In this document: positions 15,448 to 25,556 of the stretch, piece after piece
How the letters are laid out: every line of letters begins with the position of its first letter
Position numbering within the stretch: the first letter of the stretch is position 1
IMG/VR virus record: IMGVR_UViG_3300037589_000089
Span: 1 to 38,798 of that record
Reading direction: 5' to 3' (one strand)
DNA length: 38,798 nt
Source of the DNA: a virus
Taxonomy: Duplodnaviria; Caudoviricetes
Position numbers and translations under genes: made by a program
Notes under the pieces: generated by a model
Database searches by the model: none
What the model saw: the letters and a program-made list of their open reading frames with translations, nothing else
What the model was told of the DNA's origin: nothing

Positions 15448-16101
15448 ATGAACGACGGTGTGTGGCTGACAGTTTCTGAGATCGCGCGGCGCAAGGGCGT
15501 CTCGCACCAGGCTGTTTCCAAGCGTGTTAAATCGCTGGAAGCCGATGGCAAGATCTCGCCGCGCCCGGACGGAAGAAGGACGCTTGTAGACCTGGTCGAG
15601 TATGACCGTGCTGTCGGTGACTTCGGCGATGGGTCGCGGGAAGCGGCGGCTGACACCGTGCGATCGGCCAAGCAGGGACAGGCGTCCAAGCCAGGCTCCG
15701 TTCCGGATGGCATCAAGCCCAGCGTTGTTCCAGACGGCATGCGGGATGCCCAGCTCGAACGTGTGCGCTATGACGCTAAGATGCGGGCGCTCGATTTTGC
15801 CGAGAGGACCGGACAGCTTGTCCCGGTTTCTGGACCGGGCGGGATCGAGGACGCAATGGTGGCCGCTGCCGAAAAGATTATCAGCGTTCTGGACCTTATG
15901 CTGCGGGCAGCCCCGGACCTGGTCATCGCAGCACGGGAAGGGGAGCCGGCAGCCAGACGGGAGATCCGGAAGGTCATCCATTCCCAACGCGTTGCCATCG
16001 GTGATGCGATGCGCCTGCTTGAAGAACAGGGACGCAAGATCGAAGCCGCCGGCGGCATAGAGACCGAAGTCGATATCGATCTGTTCCGAGGGCTTGAGTG
16101 A
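15448..16101 (+). CDS. terS: terminase small subunit
   Basis: N-terminal HTH 'LTVSEIARRKGVSHQAVSKRV', Nu1-like 'LDFAERTGQLVP'; directly before terL. Confidence 0.85.
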   Translation: MNDGVWLTVSEIARRKGVSHQAVSKRVKSLEADGKISPRPDGRRTLVDLVEYDRAVGDFGDGSREAAADTVRSAKQGQASKPGSVPDGIKPSVVPDGMRDAQLERVRYDAKMRALDFAERTGQLVPVSGPGGIEDAMVAAAEKIISVLDLMLRAAPDLVIAAREGEPAARREIRKVIHSQRVAIGDAMRLLEEQGRKIEAAGGIETEVDIDLFRGLE

Positions 16102-18104
16102 TGAAAATCACGTTGAAGCGCGTGCCGCTGGCCATTGTCGGCGGGATTCTTGCCGCCCTCATCACCCCGCCGCCGATCATGACGCCCTCGGCGCTTGCGG
16201 CGGAAGTCATGGTGGTGGCCGACGGTCCGCGCGCCGGCGAACTGTGGGATCCGGCGCAAACGCCCTACATCGTCGAGCCGCTGGATCTGATGGTCGCAGG
16301 CTCCGGCGTCAACGAGATCGCCATCCGAAAGTCGGCGCAGACCGGCTTCACTACCATGCTGCTCGCAGCGGCGGCCTACATCATTGATCGCGATCCGTGC
16401 AGGGCGATGATCGTGCAGCCGACCTCCGGCGCGCTTGCCGACTTCAACAAGGACAAGCTGACACCGACGCTCGAGCAATCGCCAGTGCTGGCGGCAAAGA
16501 TCAAGTCGCAGACCAGCCGGTCGGGCGACGCATCGACAGTCACGTCGAAGCGGTTCCAGGGCGGGTCGATTACGCTCGCGATCGCCAACTCGGCCGCCGA
16601 CCTTCGCTCGAAGACCGTCAAGGTCGCGCTCTGCGACGAGATCGACGAATATCCGGACGACCTGGACGGCCAGGGCGATCCGATGGCCATGATCGAGGCC
16701 CGTCAGGAATCCTTCCTGATGTCGGGCGAATGGCTTCGGGTCTATGTCTCGACGCCGACGATCAAGGCCGCTTCGCGGATAGATGCGCAGTGGGAGCGGT
16801 CGGACAAGCGCTACTGGCACATGCCGTGCCCCGGCTGCGGCGACATGTTCCGGTTCGAGTTCGACCGGAAGCACTTCCGGTTCAAGGCGGAGTGGCCGCA
16901 TGAAGCGCATTATGCCACGCCGTGCTGCGGTTCCGTGATCGAGGACGCGGACAAGGTGACGGTGATGAAGCGCGGTCGCTGGATCGCAACCGAGCCGAGA
17001 CCTGGCGCCATTCGCGGCTATCATTTCGATGCGCTGGCTTCTCCGTTCGTGCCCTTCGACAAGATCGCTTCCCGCTTTATCGGGGCAGAAGGCGATCCGA
17101 TGAAGATGAAGGCGTTCTACAACCTGACGCTTGGGCTCGCCTATGAGATGAAAGGCGATGCGCCCGACCATGTGCGGCTCATGGAGCGGCGCGAGAAAGA
17201 TATCAAGCGCGGACATATCCCGTCGCGGGGGCTGATCCTGACCGGCACCGCAGACGTGCAGATGAACGGCATCTGGTACGAGATTGTCGCTTGGGCCTCG
17301 AACCGCGAGAACTGGACTGTGGACGCTGGCTACATAGCCGGCGCAACGGACGATCCTCACAGCGGCGCTTTCGTCAAGCTCGAGGAGATCCGCCAAAGCC
17401 AGTGGCCCGACGCCTTCGGCGGTTCGCGCACGGTTGACAGTTTCGGCGTCGACTCCGGTTATCGCAGCCACGTTGTCTACACATGGGTGCGCGGCAAGGC
17501 GGCGACGTTTGCGCTCGACGGCCGCGACGGCTGGTCGAAGCCCGCCATCGGCGCGCCGTCACCCGTCGATATCAACTTCAATGGCCAGCGCATCCGCCGC
17601 GGTGCGATGGTCTGGGGCGTCGGAACATGGCCGCTCAAGGGTGTGATCTATGCAGACCTTCGAAAAGAAGGCGTTGCCGCGGGCAAGGAAGTTGACCCGG
17701 CCGGTTACTGCCACTTCGGCGACTGGCTGGACGAGGTCTATTTCCGTCAGATCACGTCCGAGTACCTGACAAACGAAAATTACCGGGGCCGGATTCGGCG
17801 CATCTGGAAGGTCCGCAACGGCGAGGAAAACCACCTGTTTGACTGCCGAGTCTACAATTACGCGCTGGCTGACTACCTCGGCGTTTCCAGAATGACCGCG
17901 GACCAGTGGGCCGTTCTTGCCAGCCGCCGCGGCGTACCGGCAGAGATCGCCAATCCGGATATGTTTGCGCCGGAGCCTGTGAAGGTGGCCAGCGCCGCGC
18001 CTGTGGCTCCGAAGCCCGCGCCGGATCGGACCGCTACCCGGCCAGTTATCGAAGACGACGGTGACGCCTGGATCTCGAATGCAACCGGATGGTGGGACGA
18101 CTGA
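16101..18104 (+). CDS. terL: terminase large subunit, lambda GpA family
   Basis: 'TPY', Walker A 'KSAQTGFT', Walker B 'LCDEID', 'STPT', 'PCPGCG', nuclease 'ADVQ', 'VDSGY', 'NHLFDCRVY'. Confidence 0.96.
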   Translation: MKITLKRVPLAIVGGILAALITPPPIMTPSALAAEVMVVADGPRAGELWDPAQTPYIVEPLDLMVAGSGVNEIAIRKSAQTGFTTMLLAAAAYIIDRDPCRAMIVQPTSGALADFNKDKLTPTLEQSPVLAAKIKSQTSRSGDASTVTSKRFQGGSITLAIANSAADLRSKTVKVALCDEIDEYPDDLDGQGDPMAMIEARQESFLMSGEWLRVYVSTPTIKAASRIDAQWERSDKRYWHMPCPGCGDMFRFEFDRKHFRFKAEWPHEAHYATPCCGSVIEDADKVTVMKRGRWIATEPRPGAIRGYHFDALASPFVPFDKIASRFIGAEGDPMKMKAFYNLTLGLAYEMKGDAPDHVRLMERREKDIKRGHIPSRGLILTGTADVQMNGIWYEIVAWASNRENWTVDAGYIAGATDDPHSGAFVKLEEIRQSQWPDAFGGSRTVDSFGVDSGYRSHVVYTWVRGKAATFALDGRDGWSKPAIGAPSPVDINFNGQRIRRGAMVWGVGTWPLKGVIYADLRKEGVAAGKEVDPAGYCHFGDWLDEVYFRQITSEYLTNENYRGRIRRIWKVRNGEENHLFDCRVYNYALADYLGVSRMTADQWAVLASRRGVPAEIANPDMFAPEPVKVASAAPVAPKPAPDRTATRPVIEDDGDAWISNATGWWDD

Positions 18105-18304
18105 TGGCCTGGACACAAGCCGACCTCGACAAGATCAGCGCAGCCATTGCGTCCGGCGCAAAGCGCGTGAAATTCCAGACGCATGAGGTGGAATACCAGA
18201 GCGTCGCCGAAATGCTGAAGGCTCGCGACCTCATTGCTGCCGACGTCAATCCAGCGAGCGGCCGCGGCGGCGCCATATATGCCCAGTATGAGAGCGATTA
18301 TTGA
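18104..18304 (+). CDS. gpW-like head-tail joining protein
   Basis: MAWTQADLDKISAAIASGAKRVKF...VEYQSVAEM; between terL and portal. Confidence 0.88.
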   Translation: MAWTQADLDKISAAIASGAKRVKFQTHEVEYQSVAEMLKARDLIAADVNPASGRGGAIYAQYESDY

Positions 18305-19836
18305 TGAACATCGTCGACAAGGCCATTGCCTATTTTGCGCCGACTGCCGGTGTCAGGCGGGCCGGTGCACGTCAGCTGCTCGAGCAGACAGAAAAGCGCG
18401 AATACGCGGCTGCAGGTTCCGGGCGCCGGAACTCCGGATGGCGGGGCCGCAACACATCGGCGGCGACCGAGGTCGCCGGATCGCTCACTTTCCTGATGGC
18501 GCGGTCGCGCGAGTTCGTGCGCAACAGCTGGCAAGGACAGCGCATTCTCGATGTCCTTACGTCGCACGTCATCGGCACCGGCATCATGACCGTCCCGAAC
18601 ACCGGTTCCGACCGGGCAGACAGGATCTATCGCCTGGCGCGTGAGGAATGGGAAGAGAACAGCGACATCGAAGGTGTGCTCGACTACGGCGGGCAGCAGG
18701 CCATGGCGCTGCGGTCAATGGCGGAATGCGGCAACAGTGTCATCCGTCATTTGACGGACAGCAACCAGGACACGCGGCGGCGCATCGTGCCGCTTCGTCT
18801 GCAGGGCATCGAGGGTGACCAGATCGATACGTCGCGCGACACCTTGTCGGGAGTGACAAGAAATACCGACGGCGAGCGTGTGCGGCTTGGCGTGAAGCTG
18901 GGAGAGTGGAACCAGCGCCAAGGGATGTACCTTCACAAGACACACCCCGGCGAGCAGGGTGTTGCCAATATCGAAGCTTCGACGCTGGTTGGCTGGAACG
19001 ATCTTTGCCACCTCTACCGACCTCTTCGTTTCGGACAGCTTCTGGGTGTTCCGGTCTTCGCGCCCATCCTGATGACCGGGCGGGATATTCAGGATCTGAT
19101 GGATGCGGCGATTGTCCAGCAGAAAGTGCAGGCCAGCTTTGCCGGGTTTCTCCGGCGTGCACCCGGGGAAGCCAACCCCTTTGCAACAGAAAAGACGGAT
19201 GGCGCCGATGGCAAATCGCAGACCGTCACCCAGATCAGGCCGGGGCAAATCCAGGACATTGGAGACAGCGAAATCGTGTTTTCGAATCCGTCGGGAACAT
19301 CTGTTTTCGGCGAAGCCTATCTGGCTGGAATGATGGCCATGGCGGCTGGTGCTGGGCTCACCTATGACCAACTGACCGGCGATCTGCGGCAGGCTAACTA
19401 CTCGAGCCTTCGAGCTGGCAAGATCGAGTTCCGCCGCCTGGTGGAGCAGATGCAATGGCACATGGTGGTGCCGATGATCTGCCGCCCGGTGGATCGCAAG
19501 TTCGAGCAGATGGGCCTTATGTCCGGTGTCCTGCCCAGGCGGAAGGGCGGATATCGTGTGGACTACGTGATGCCTGCCGTCGAGCCGATCGACCCCAAGA
19601 AGGACATGGAGGCAGACATCCTTGCTGTCCGTTCCGGGCGGATGTCGCCACAGGAATTCATTTCGGCGTGGGGAAGAGACTGGCGCAAGGTCGTCACCGA
19701 CTTCGATGCGTTCTTCAACTTCTGCAACCAGAACGCTTTGGACGGTCTGATGTTCGACATCGACCCCAGGCGACCGGCGAACGGCGGCGCCAATGCGCCG
19801 CGGGCAGACCAGACAGGAGCAACCGACAATGGCTGA
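18304..19836 (+). CDS. portal protein, lambda family
   Basis: 'ARSREFVRN', 'R.GQ..GVP', 'LTGDLRQANYSSLRAG', 'IDPKKD'. Confidence 0.95.
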   Translation: MNIVDKAIAYFAPTAGVRRAGARQLLEQTEKREYAAAGSGRRNSGWRGRNTSAATEVAGSLTFLMARSREFVRNSWQGQRILDVLTSHVIGTGIMTVPNTGSDRADRIYRLAREEWEENSDIEGVLDYGGQQAMALRSMAECGNSVIRHLTDSNQDTRRRIVPLRLQGIEGDQIDTSRDTLSGVTRNTDGERVRLGVKLGEWNQRQGMYLHKTHPGEQGVANIEASTLVGWNDLCHLYRPLRFGQLLGVPVFAPILMTGRDIQDLMDAAIVQQKVQASFAGFLRRAPGEANPFATEKTDGADGKSQTVTQIRPGQIQDIGDSEIVFSNPSGTSVFGEAYLAGMMAMAAGAGLTYDQLTGDLRQANYSSLRAGKIEFRRLVEQMQWHMVVPMICRPVDRKFEQMGLMSGVLPRRKGGYRVDYVMPAVEPIDPKKDMEADILAVRSGRMSPQEFISAWGRDWRKVVTDFDAFFNFCNQNALDGLMFDIDPRRPANGGANAPRADQTGATDNG

Positions 19837-20449
19837 GATTATTCGCCTGCCGAAAATGCTACGGGACGCTGAGATCCGCGCCGCGTCCTATGATGAGCAG
19901 GACAACACCATCGAGGTGGTATGGACGACAGGATCCACAGGCCGCCGGGTGACGTGGATGGACGGCGAGTTTGATGAAGAGCTGGTCGTCAATGAAAAAT
20001 CGGTGCGCATGGACCGGCTCAATGCCGGAGCTCCATTTCTGGACACGCACAATCGTTTCGGCCTCGATGCGGTTCTTGGTTCGGTGGTTGCAGGTTCAGC
20101 AAGGATCAGTAACGGAACCGGTACTGCGCGGATCATGCTTTCAAAGGCAGCCGACGCAGTGGACCGGGTTTCGAAGATCATAGAGGGCACGGTGAGAAAT
20201 GTTTCCGTCGCCTACAAGATTCATGGCGTCGAAAAATCACAGCGTGAAGGAAAGGTCCCTTTGCACCGCGTCATCGACTGGGAGCCGATGGAGATCTCGG
20301 CGGTTCCTATCGGATTTGACCCTGGCGCCCAGGTCAGAAGTGCGACCGAAGAAGAGCTTTACGCATGTCGTGTCGAGCATTCGATCGCAGACCGCAACAC
20401 TGTGCGCCGCATGATGATGCAGATGCGCCAGAAACAATTTGTCGGGTAG
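19829..20449 (+). CDS. prohead protease (HK97/U35-type)
   Basis: 'APFLDTH', 'RNVSVAY', 'WEPMEISAVPIGFDPGA'. Confidence 0.9.
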   Translation: MAEIIRLPKMLRDAEIRAASYDEQDNTIEVVWTTGSTGRRVTWMDGEFDEELVVNEKSVRMDRLNAGAPFLDTHNRFGLDAVLGSVVAGSARISNGTGTARIMLSKAADAVDRVSKIIEGTVRNVSVAYKIHGVEKSQREGKVPLHRVIDWEPMEISAVPIGFDPGAQVRSATEEELYACRVEHSIADRNTVRRMMMQMRQKQFVG

Positions 20450-20531
20450 CGCTCGGCGCTGCTGTCAAACCCGCCTTTGTGCGGTGCCCTAAACCAGCCC
20501 TTGGGCCAGGCAATCACTAAAGGAAACCATC

Positions 20532-22190
20532 ATGAATAAATATCGCTTTGTGGCGGTAGCCCTTGCGCTTGCCGTCTTTCCCCTTCTGGCGCTGGGTGTC
20601 ATGGGCTTTGCGGCCAGCGACGCGATGGCGTCGCCGCTCTCCGACATGTTCTGGAATGGCGCTGACCATTCGCTGCGCGCAGTTGTCGTGGATCACATGT
20701 ACAACGCTTGGCCGGCGCTGATTGCGCTCAGGACGGATCTCGACGGCCTTGTGAAAAAGGCAGCTGAAAAGATTGCCGAGATCACGGATGAAACCGCACC
20801 CGACGCGGCGCGCTCGATCGAAAGCGAACACAGCAAACTGCTGGAGCAGATCACGGCGAAGCGCAAGGAGATCGCCGACGAGGAAGCGCTGGGCGATCCG
20901 GCGAACCGCAATCAGCCGGTTAACGAGCCAAGCAACACCAACGCGAACGCAGGCGACGCTGCGCGGGCGGCCGACATTCTCGATGTCGGAACGCGTGCAA
21001 GCATGGACACTGATGTCATCCAGGAAGCTATCCGTTCGGGAATGAGTCTTGATGCATTCCGCCAGCGCGCCTTCGACCACATGACATCGCAGCAGAACGG
21101 CAACCGCACCGACCCGCTGCGGGTCCAGCGGGACGAGCAGGAGACCCGCCGCAACCTGCAGATCGAGGCGCTTTCCTACCGGATGGGTGCGCCGATTCCC
21201 GCAGCCGGGCCCAGCGCTGGAGCCCGCGAGCGCATGAATGACGGACTGATCGTCCTCGCCATGGAGTGCACCCAGGAGCGTCAGTATCCGCGTAATGCGC
21301 GGCAGATCGAAGAACTCTTCGAGCGTGCAGTGCACTCGACGAGCGATTTTCCGATCATCCTGGAAAACTCGCTCAACCGCACGCTGGAGCAGCGCTATGC
21401 GCTGGCCCAGCCGACCTATCGCCGGATTTCGCGCCAGCGCAATTTCCGGGATTTCCGCCCGCATACCACCGTGAAGATGGGTGACTTCCCTCTGCTTGAG
21501 AAGATCGCCGAGGGCGGTGAAATCAAGTACGGCACGCTGACCGAAGGCAAGGAGACCCTGTCGGTGCTTTCCTATGCCAAGGCACTGTCGGTTTCGCGCC
21601 AGCTGATGATCAATGACGACCTTGGTGCGATCAACGACATGCTGTCGAGCTACGGCCAGACAGTGGCGCTGTTCGAGGAAATCACCTTCTACGCGTCGGC
21701 GCTCAACGGCACGCTCGCCGACAACAAGACTGTTTTCCATGCAGATCACGCCAACCTTGCCGCATCGGGTGCGGCCATCACCGTGGCTGCGGTGGCGGCA
21801 GGGCGGGCAGCAATGTCCAAGCAGAAGTCGCTTGACGGAAATCCGCTGCTCTCCAATCCGCCGGCGCTGATCGTGACTGGTCCCGACAAGATCACCGAGG
21901 CCGAGTCCCTGGTGCGGACCATTACTCCGACCACTGTTGCAGAAGTGAATGTGTTCTCGGGACGCCTTACGCCGTTCGACACGGCCCAGATCGCTGGCAA
22001 CAACTGGTACCTGTTCGCGGATCCCTCCGTCGGTAGCAACTACCGTTGGGGCTACCTGGAGGGCTACGAAGCGCCGCGGGTGCGTCTCGACACGCCCTTC
22101 GGTCGCCAGGGCATGGCCATGTCGGTCGAGCACGATTTCGGCGCAGGGGCTGTCGACTTCCGCTTCGGCTACAAGAACCCCGGCGCCTAA
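20532..22190 (+). CDS. major capsid protein (Mu gpT-like C-terminal domain) with long N-terminal scaffold-like and signal-peptide-like extension
   Basis: 'HSTSDFPIILEN..NRTL...Y', 'EGGEIKYG', 'SRQLMINDDLGA', 'YLEGYEAP', 'DFGAGAVDFRFGYKNPGA'; AAGGA SD. Confidence 0.92.
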   Translation: MNKYRFVAVALALAVFPLLALGVMGFAASDAMASPLSDMFWNGADHSLRAVVVDHMYNAWPALIALRTDLDGLVKKAAEKIAEITDETAPDAARSIESEHSKLLEQITAKRKEIADEEALGDPANRNQPVNEPSNTNANAGDAARAADILDVGTRASMDTDVIQEAIRSGMSLDAFRQRAFDHMTSQQNGNRTDPLRVQRDEQETRRNLQIEALSYRMGAPIPAAGPSAGARERMNDGLIVLAMECTQERQYPRNARQIEELFERAVHSTSDFPIILENSLNRTLEQRYALAQPTYRRISRQRNFRDFRPHTTVKMGDFPLLEKIAEGGEIKYGTLTEGKETLSVLSYAKALSVSRQLMINDDLGAINDMLSSYGQTVALFEEITFYASALNGTLADNKTVFHADHANLAASGAAITVAAVAAGRAAMSKQKSLDGNPLLSNPPALIVTGPDKITEAESLVRTITPTTVAEVNVFSGRLTPFDTAQIAGNNWYLFADPSVGSNYRWGYLEGYEAPRVRLDTPFGRQGMAMSVEHDFGAGAVDFRFGYKNPGA

Positions 22191-22217
22191 CGCGCCGTTT
22201 TCCTGAAAGGCGTATCA

Positions 22218-22241
22218 GCGCCGGCGGCTAAACGCCGGCGC
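22218..22241 (+). terminator. GC-rich hairpin after the capsid gene (mRNA stabiliser or weak terminator)
   Basis: GCGCCGGCG-gctaaa-CGCCGGCGC; no strong T-tract. Confidence 0.5.
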
Positions 22242-22275
22242 ATCTTCTCACACGATTTTCCCAGGAGACATGACC

Positions 22276-22602
22276 ATGAAAAACTATGTGCAACCCGGCG
22301 ACACGCTGACCGTCGCCGCCCCTTCCGGAGGCGTTGTGTCCGGAGCCGCCGTCGTGATCGGCAACCTTCGCGGCTTCGCTGTGGCGACGGCTGCCGAGGG
22401 CGCGGATGTCGCGATTGCTCGCACCGGTGTGTTTACCACCTCGATCAAGGCAACGGGCACGGCCTGGGCCGTCGGCGATCTCGTCTACCTCAAGGCTGAC
22501 GGGACCGAATTCAACAAGACGGCGTCGGGCAACACGCTGTTCGGTTTTGCCGCGGCGCCTGCGGCGTCCGGCGACACCACAGCCTCCATCTGCCTGACCT
22601 AA
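22276..22602 (+). CDS. DUF2190-family capsid cement/decoration protein
   Basis: 'MKNYVQPGDTLTVAAP.GGVVSG', 'GVF', 'AWAVGD.VY'. Confidence 0.9.
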   Translation: MKNYVQPGDTLTVAAPSGGVVSGAAVVIGNLRGFAVATAAEGADVAIARTGVFTTSIKATGTAWAVGDLVYLKADGTEFNKTASGNTLFGFAAAPAASGDTTASICLT

Positions 22603-22623
22603 GCCGGACCGGAGAAAACACCC

Positions 22624-23034
22624 ATGACAGACTTTTCCGATCTTGCGGCACTGGCGCGCGGTGCGGTGGGTGCTGTCATGGGTGAAACCGTCACGATCGT
22701 CCCGGTGACAAAACAGGGCGGGCCGAACTCTTCGGCGGTTGTTGCCGATCCGAATCGTGCATCTTTCGACGCTGTCGCGGTGCCTTACCGGTTGATGCAC
22801 AATATTCCAGATGGCCGTGGCGGAACGCAGGGCCCGGGTGTCGGCGGCACTGAGCGGACGGGCCTGCATACGGCTCAGGAAACCACTCTGGCCATGGACC
22901 AACCCGCCGTGAACCTCAAGGATGGCGACCGGGTGCAAAGGTCTGACGGATCCTGGTGGGCCATGCGCGCACCGCAGACCGATGAGGCCGGGACCTTCGT
23001 CGTTTCCATTTACCGATCGAGCGAGATCGCCTGA
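22624..23034 (+). CDS. head-tail joining (gpFII-like) protein
   Basis: Position and pattern 'GETVTI...LKDGDRV...PQTDEAG'. Confidence 0.6.
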   Translation: MTDFSDLAALARGAVGAVMGETVTIVPVTKQGGPNSSAVVADPNRASFDAVAVPYRLMHNIPDGRGGTQGPGVGGTERTGLHTAQETTLAMDQPAVNLKDGDRVQRSDGSWWAMRAPQTDEAGTFVVSIYRSSEIA

Positions 23035-23789
23035 TGCTGTTTTCAACCGCGCTGCGCCTGGCTGCGATCGAATGCCTTTGCCCCACTGCTGTCATCGCCG
23101 GAGACGCGACGGCGCCGACACTTGCCGGCATTCACGTGCTGGACAGCCGCCGCCCTGAGATCGGCGATCTGGATCCTTCGAAAAAGTACACTCCGGTTGT
23201 CTCGATCTTTTCCGGCGAAGCGACATCGACATTGCGCGGCGAGGCCGCGGCATCCAACGACCGTTCCGCCACGGCTGTGCTCGAGTTCGTTGTCGAGCTG
23301 GCCGAAGCGATCGAAGCCGAAGAAGGCGATGCCTATGCCGAGGCAATCGTCAACTCCGACCAGGATGCCAGAATTGTGCTGGACGCGCTGATTGCGCAGA
23401 TCCGGCGGGCGCTGGAATATGGCCCGGCTGGCAGCCTGTTCCGAAAGATGAGGATAGGCTCTCCAGTCAAGATCAGCTGCGAGCCGCATGTAGTGCCCGA
23501 ACTGGACCTTCGATTCTGCCGCACATTCGTGACCATGGAATTCAACGCGCCGGACGATGTCTATTCCGATGCGGATGGTCTGCCGGAGCCTGCCGCCACG
23601 CTTCTGGCGAGCCTGCCTGACGGGTCCTATGCCAAGGCCCGGTTAACGGCTCTGGCAAATGCGTTCGCGGCGATTGTCCGCACCGACCTGACTGAAATCA
23701 CGATCGCGACCGATCCGGACTTTGAGCCGGACCCGGAAGCGGCGCCCGATCCCTATGCCGGCGTGACAGCCGGCGTCACGCTGGAGTGA
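23034..23789 (+). CDS. putative tail terminator/neck protein
   Basis: Acidic 251-aa ORF between head-closure and sheath genes; positional call. Confidence 0.55.
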   Translation: MLFSTALRLAAIECLCPTAVIAGDATAPTLAGIHVLDSRRPEIGDLDPSKKYTPVVSIFSGEATSTLRGEAAASNDRSATAVLEFVVELAEAIEAEEGDAYAEAIVNSDQDARIVLDALIAQIRRALEYGPAGSLFRKMRIGSPVKISCEPHVVPELDLRFCRTFVTMEFNAPDDVYSDADGLPEPAATLLASLPDGSYAKARLTALANAFAAIVRTDLTEITIATDPDFEPDPEAAPDPYAGVTAGVTLE

Positions 23790-24016
23790 TGCCCATGCAA
23801 CGCTACAAACCCGCCGATGGCGCGCCATTGCTGCGCACCACGGAAGGCGAAGCCTTCCCTGAAGAGGGCAAGATGATCGACCCGGCGAACCGCTACTACG
23901 CGCGGCTGATCAAGGAAGGCGCGCTTGAGCTCGTGGCGGACGATGCGCCCAAAACCAAATCCCGAACCAGCAAACCGGCGGCGGCGGCCGCACCCAACAA
24001 GGAGACGCGGAAATGA
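23786..24016 (+). CDS. DUF2635 (Mu gp38-like) small protein
   Basis: 'G..FPEEG.......YYARLIKEG.L' immediately before the sheath; start may be ATG 23795. Confidence 0.75.
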   Translation: MMPMQRYKPADGAPLLRTTEGEAFPEEGKMIDPANRYYARLIKEGALELVADDAPKTKSRTSKPAAAAAPNKETRK

Positions 24017-25494
24017 CCGTACCTGCAAATCTCGTGGCCCCCCTGTTCGCGTTCTCGGTTGAGAGCGGCGGGCAGTTCGAAGACCTGGCGCCGGTCATCC
24101 TGTATGGCCACAAGACATCGGCCGGTTCGATGGCCGACAATGTCAAGGTGTCCTGCGCATCGCGCTCGCAGGCCCGCGCGCTGGCGGGCAAGGGATCGAT
24201 GCTCGAGCAGATGGTGACCGTATTCCGCAAGAACGCGCCGACGCATCCGCTTTACATCGTCTCGATCGCGCCGAGCGGAACGGCGGAAACCCGAACCATC
24301 ACCGTCGGCACCGTGCCGGCAGGCGGCGGAACCGGCGTGATCAATATCATGGGCGAACTGGTTTCGATTTCGATTGCGGCAGGCGACAGCGCCAACACGG
24401 TGGCCGCGGCCATCAACGCGGCCATCAACGCCTATGACAACCCGCAATCGGGCCACGCGCTGCCCTACACCTCGACGGTAGCCACCAACGTGGTGACGAT
24501 CACCGCGCGTCACCTGGGCGCCTATGCGGCGGAAATCGGCGTGAGCGTGCCGGTGCTCGATGGCACCAACGCACTGACCGGCGTGCTGACGATCGAAGAA
24601 GGAACGGCGGGGGCCGGCACGCCCGACACCGCGACGGCGAACGCGGCGATCGAGGAAGACGACTGGTCGTTCCTGGTCTCTGCTTTTGGCGACGCCACCA
24701 ACGTCGGCAAGTACGACACGCTGCTTTCCGAAGTGTCGGGCCGGTGGAGCTATGCCAACCAGAAATTCGGCATCGCCTATTATCCGAAGCGCGACAGCCA
24801 GTCGAACTTGATCTCCTACGGCGAGGGCAAGGACACCTGGAAGCTTTGTGCGGTGCCGACCTTTGCCTCGGGCGGTCATTCCGAGCCGGGCTATCTGTGG
24901 GTGGCCGCGATGATCGGACGCGTGGCGCCATGGCTCGCCGGTGGTGCGACGGGCGATGTGAACCGTAACCAGACCGGCCTCGTGGTCGAGGGAATCAGCG
25001 CGCCGTCGGACGGGGCCTACTGGCCAGATCTCGCGACCCGCAATGCGTTTCTCGCCGCAGGCCTGTCGTCGTGGAGCGTCAACGGAAACGGAAGGGTTGC
25101 GGTCGACAAGATCATCACCCATGCCCGCACCACGGCCGGCGTGCCGGATACCACGTTCCGCGATATCCAGAAGCCGCATGCGCTGATGTATTCGCTGCGC
25201 TACATGCTGGCGCAGCTGGCCTTCGAGCATTCCAACAAGGTGATTGCCGACGACAACCCCGGCAATGTCGCTTCTATCTCGACGCCGAGCGATATCGAGG
25301 CAACGTGTTACCACGCCTATGTCGGGCTTGAGCTGCGGGGTGTGCTGGAGAATTCCGCCACGGCGCTGAAAGACATCACGGTAACGCGCAATGCGGACAA
25401 TCCGAACCGTGTCGATGCTGTGGTGCCGATGGACTTCACCAATCCGCTCGACATCTTCTCCGGCCTGGCGCGCGTCTACTCCCAGTTTCGCTGA
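24013..25494 (+). CDS. tail sheath protein (Mu gpL-like)
   Basis: 'VPANLVAPLF', 'ALAGKGSML', 'VVTITARHLG', 'VTRNADNPNRVD'. Confidence 0.93.
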   Translation: MTVPANLVAPLFAFSVESGGQFEDLAPVILYGHKTSAGSMADNVKVSCASRSQARALAGKGSMLEQMVTVFRKNAPTHPLYIVSIAPSGTAETRTITVGTVPAGGGTGVINIMGELVSISIAAGDSANTVAAAINAAINAYDNPQSGHALPYTSTVATNVVTITARHLGAYAAEIGVSVPVLDGTNALTGVLTIEEGTAGAGTPDTATANAAIEEDDWSFLVSAFGDATNVGKYDTLLSEVSGRWSYANQKFGIAYYPKRDSQSNLISYGEGKDTWKLCAVPTFASGGHSEPGYLWVAAMIGRVAPWLAGGATGDVNRNQTGLVVEGISAPSDGAYWPDLATRNAFLAAGLSSWSVNGNGRVAVDKIITHARTTAGVPDTTFRDIQKPHALMYSLRYMLAQLAFEHSNKVIADDNPGNVASISTPSDIEATCYHAYVGLELRGVLENSATALKDITVTRNADNPNRVDAVVPMDFTNPLDIFSGLARVYSQFR

Positions 25495-25556
25495 CCTAAC
25501 TTGAGCCGGGCGCGACAGCGCCCGGTTGACCCGACTCCAAACAAAGGATCCTGAAA

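Noticed and set aside
15768-25314. Very long minus-strand ORFs (15768-17471, 20517-22133, 23896-25314; similarly 7980-9311 and 26224-27318 elsewhere)
   Set aside because: They mirror well-supported plus-strand genes, lack motifs and SDs, and are the expected shadow frames of high-GC coding DNA.
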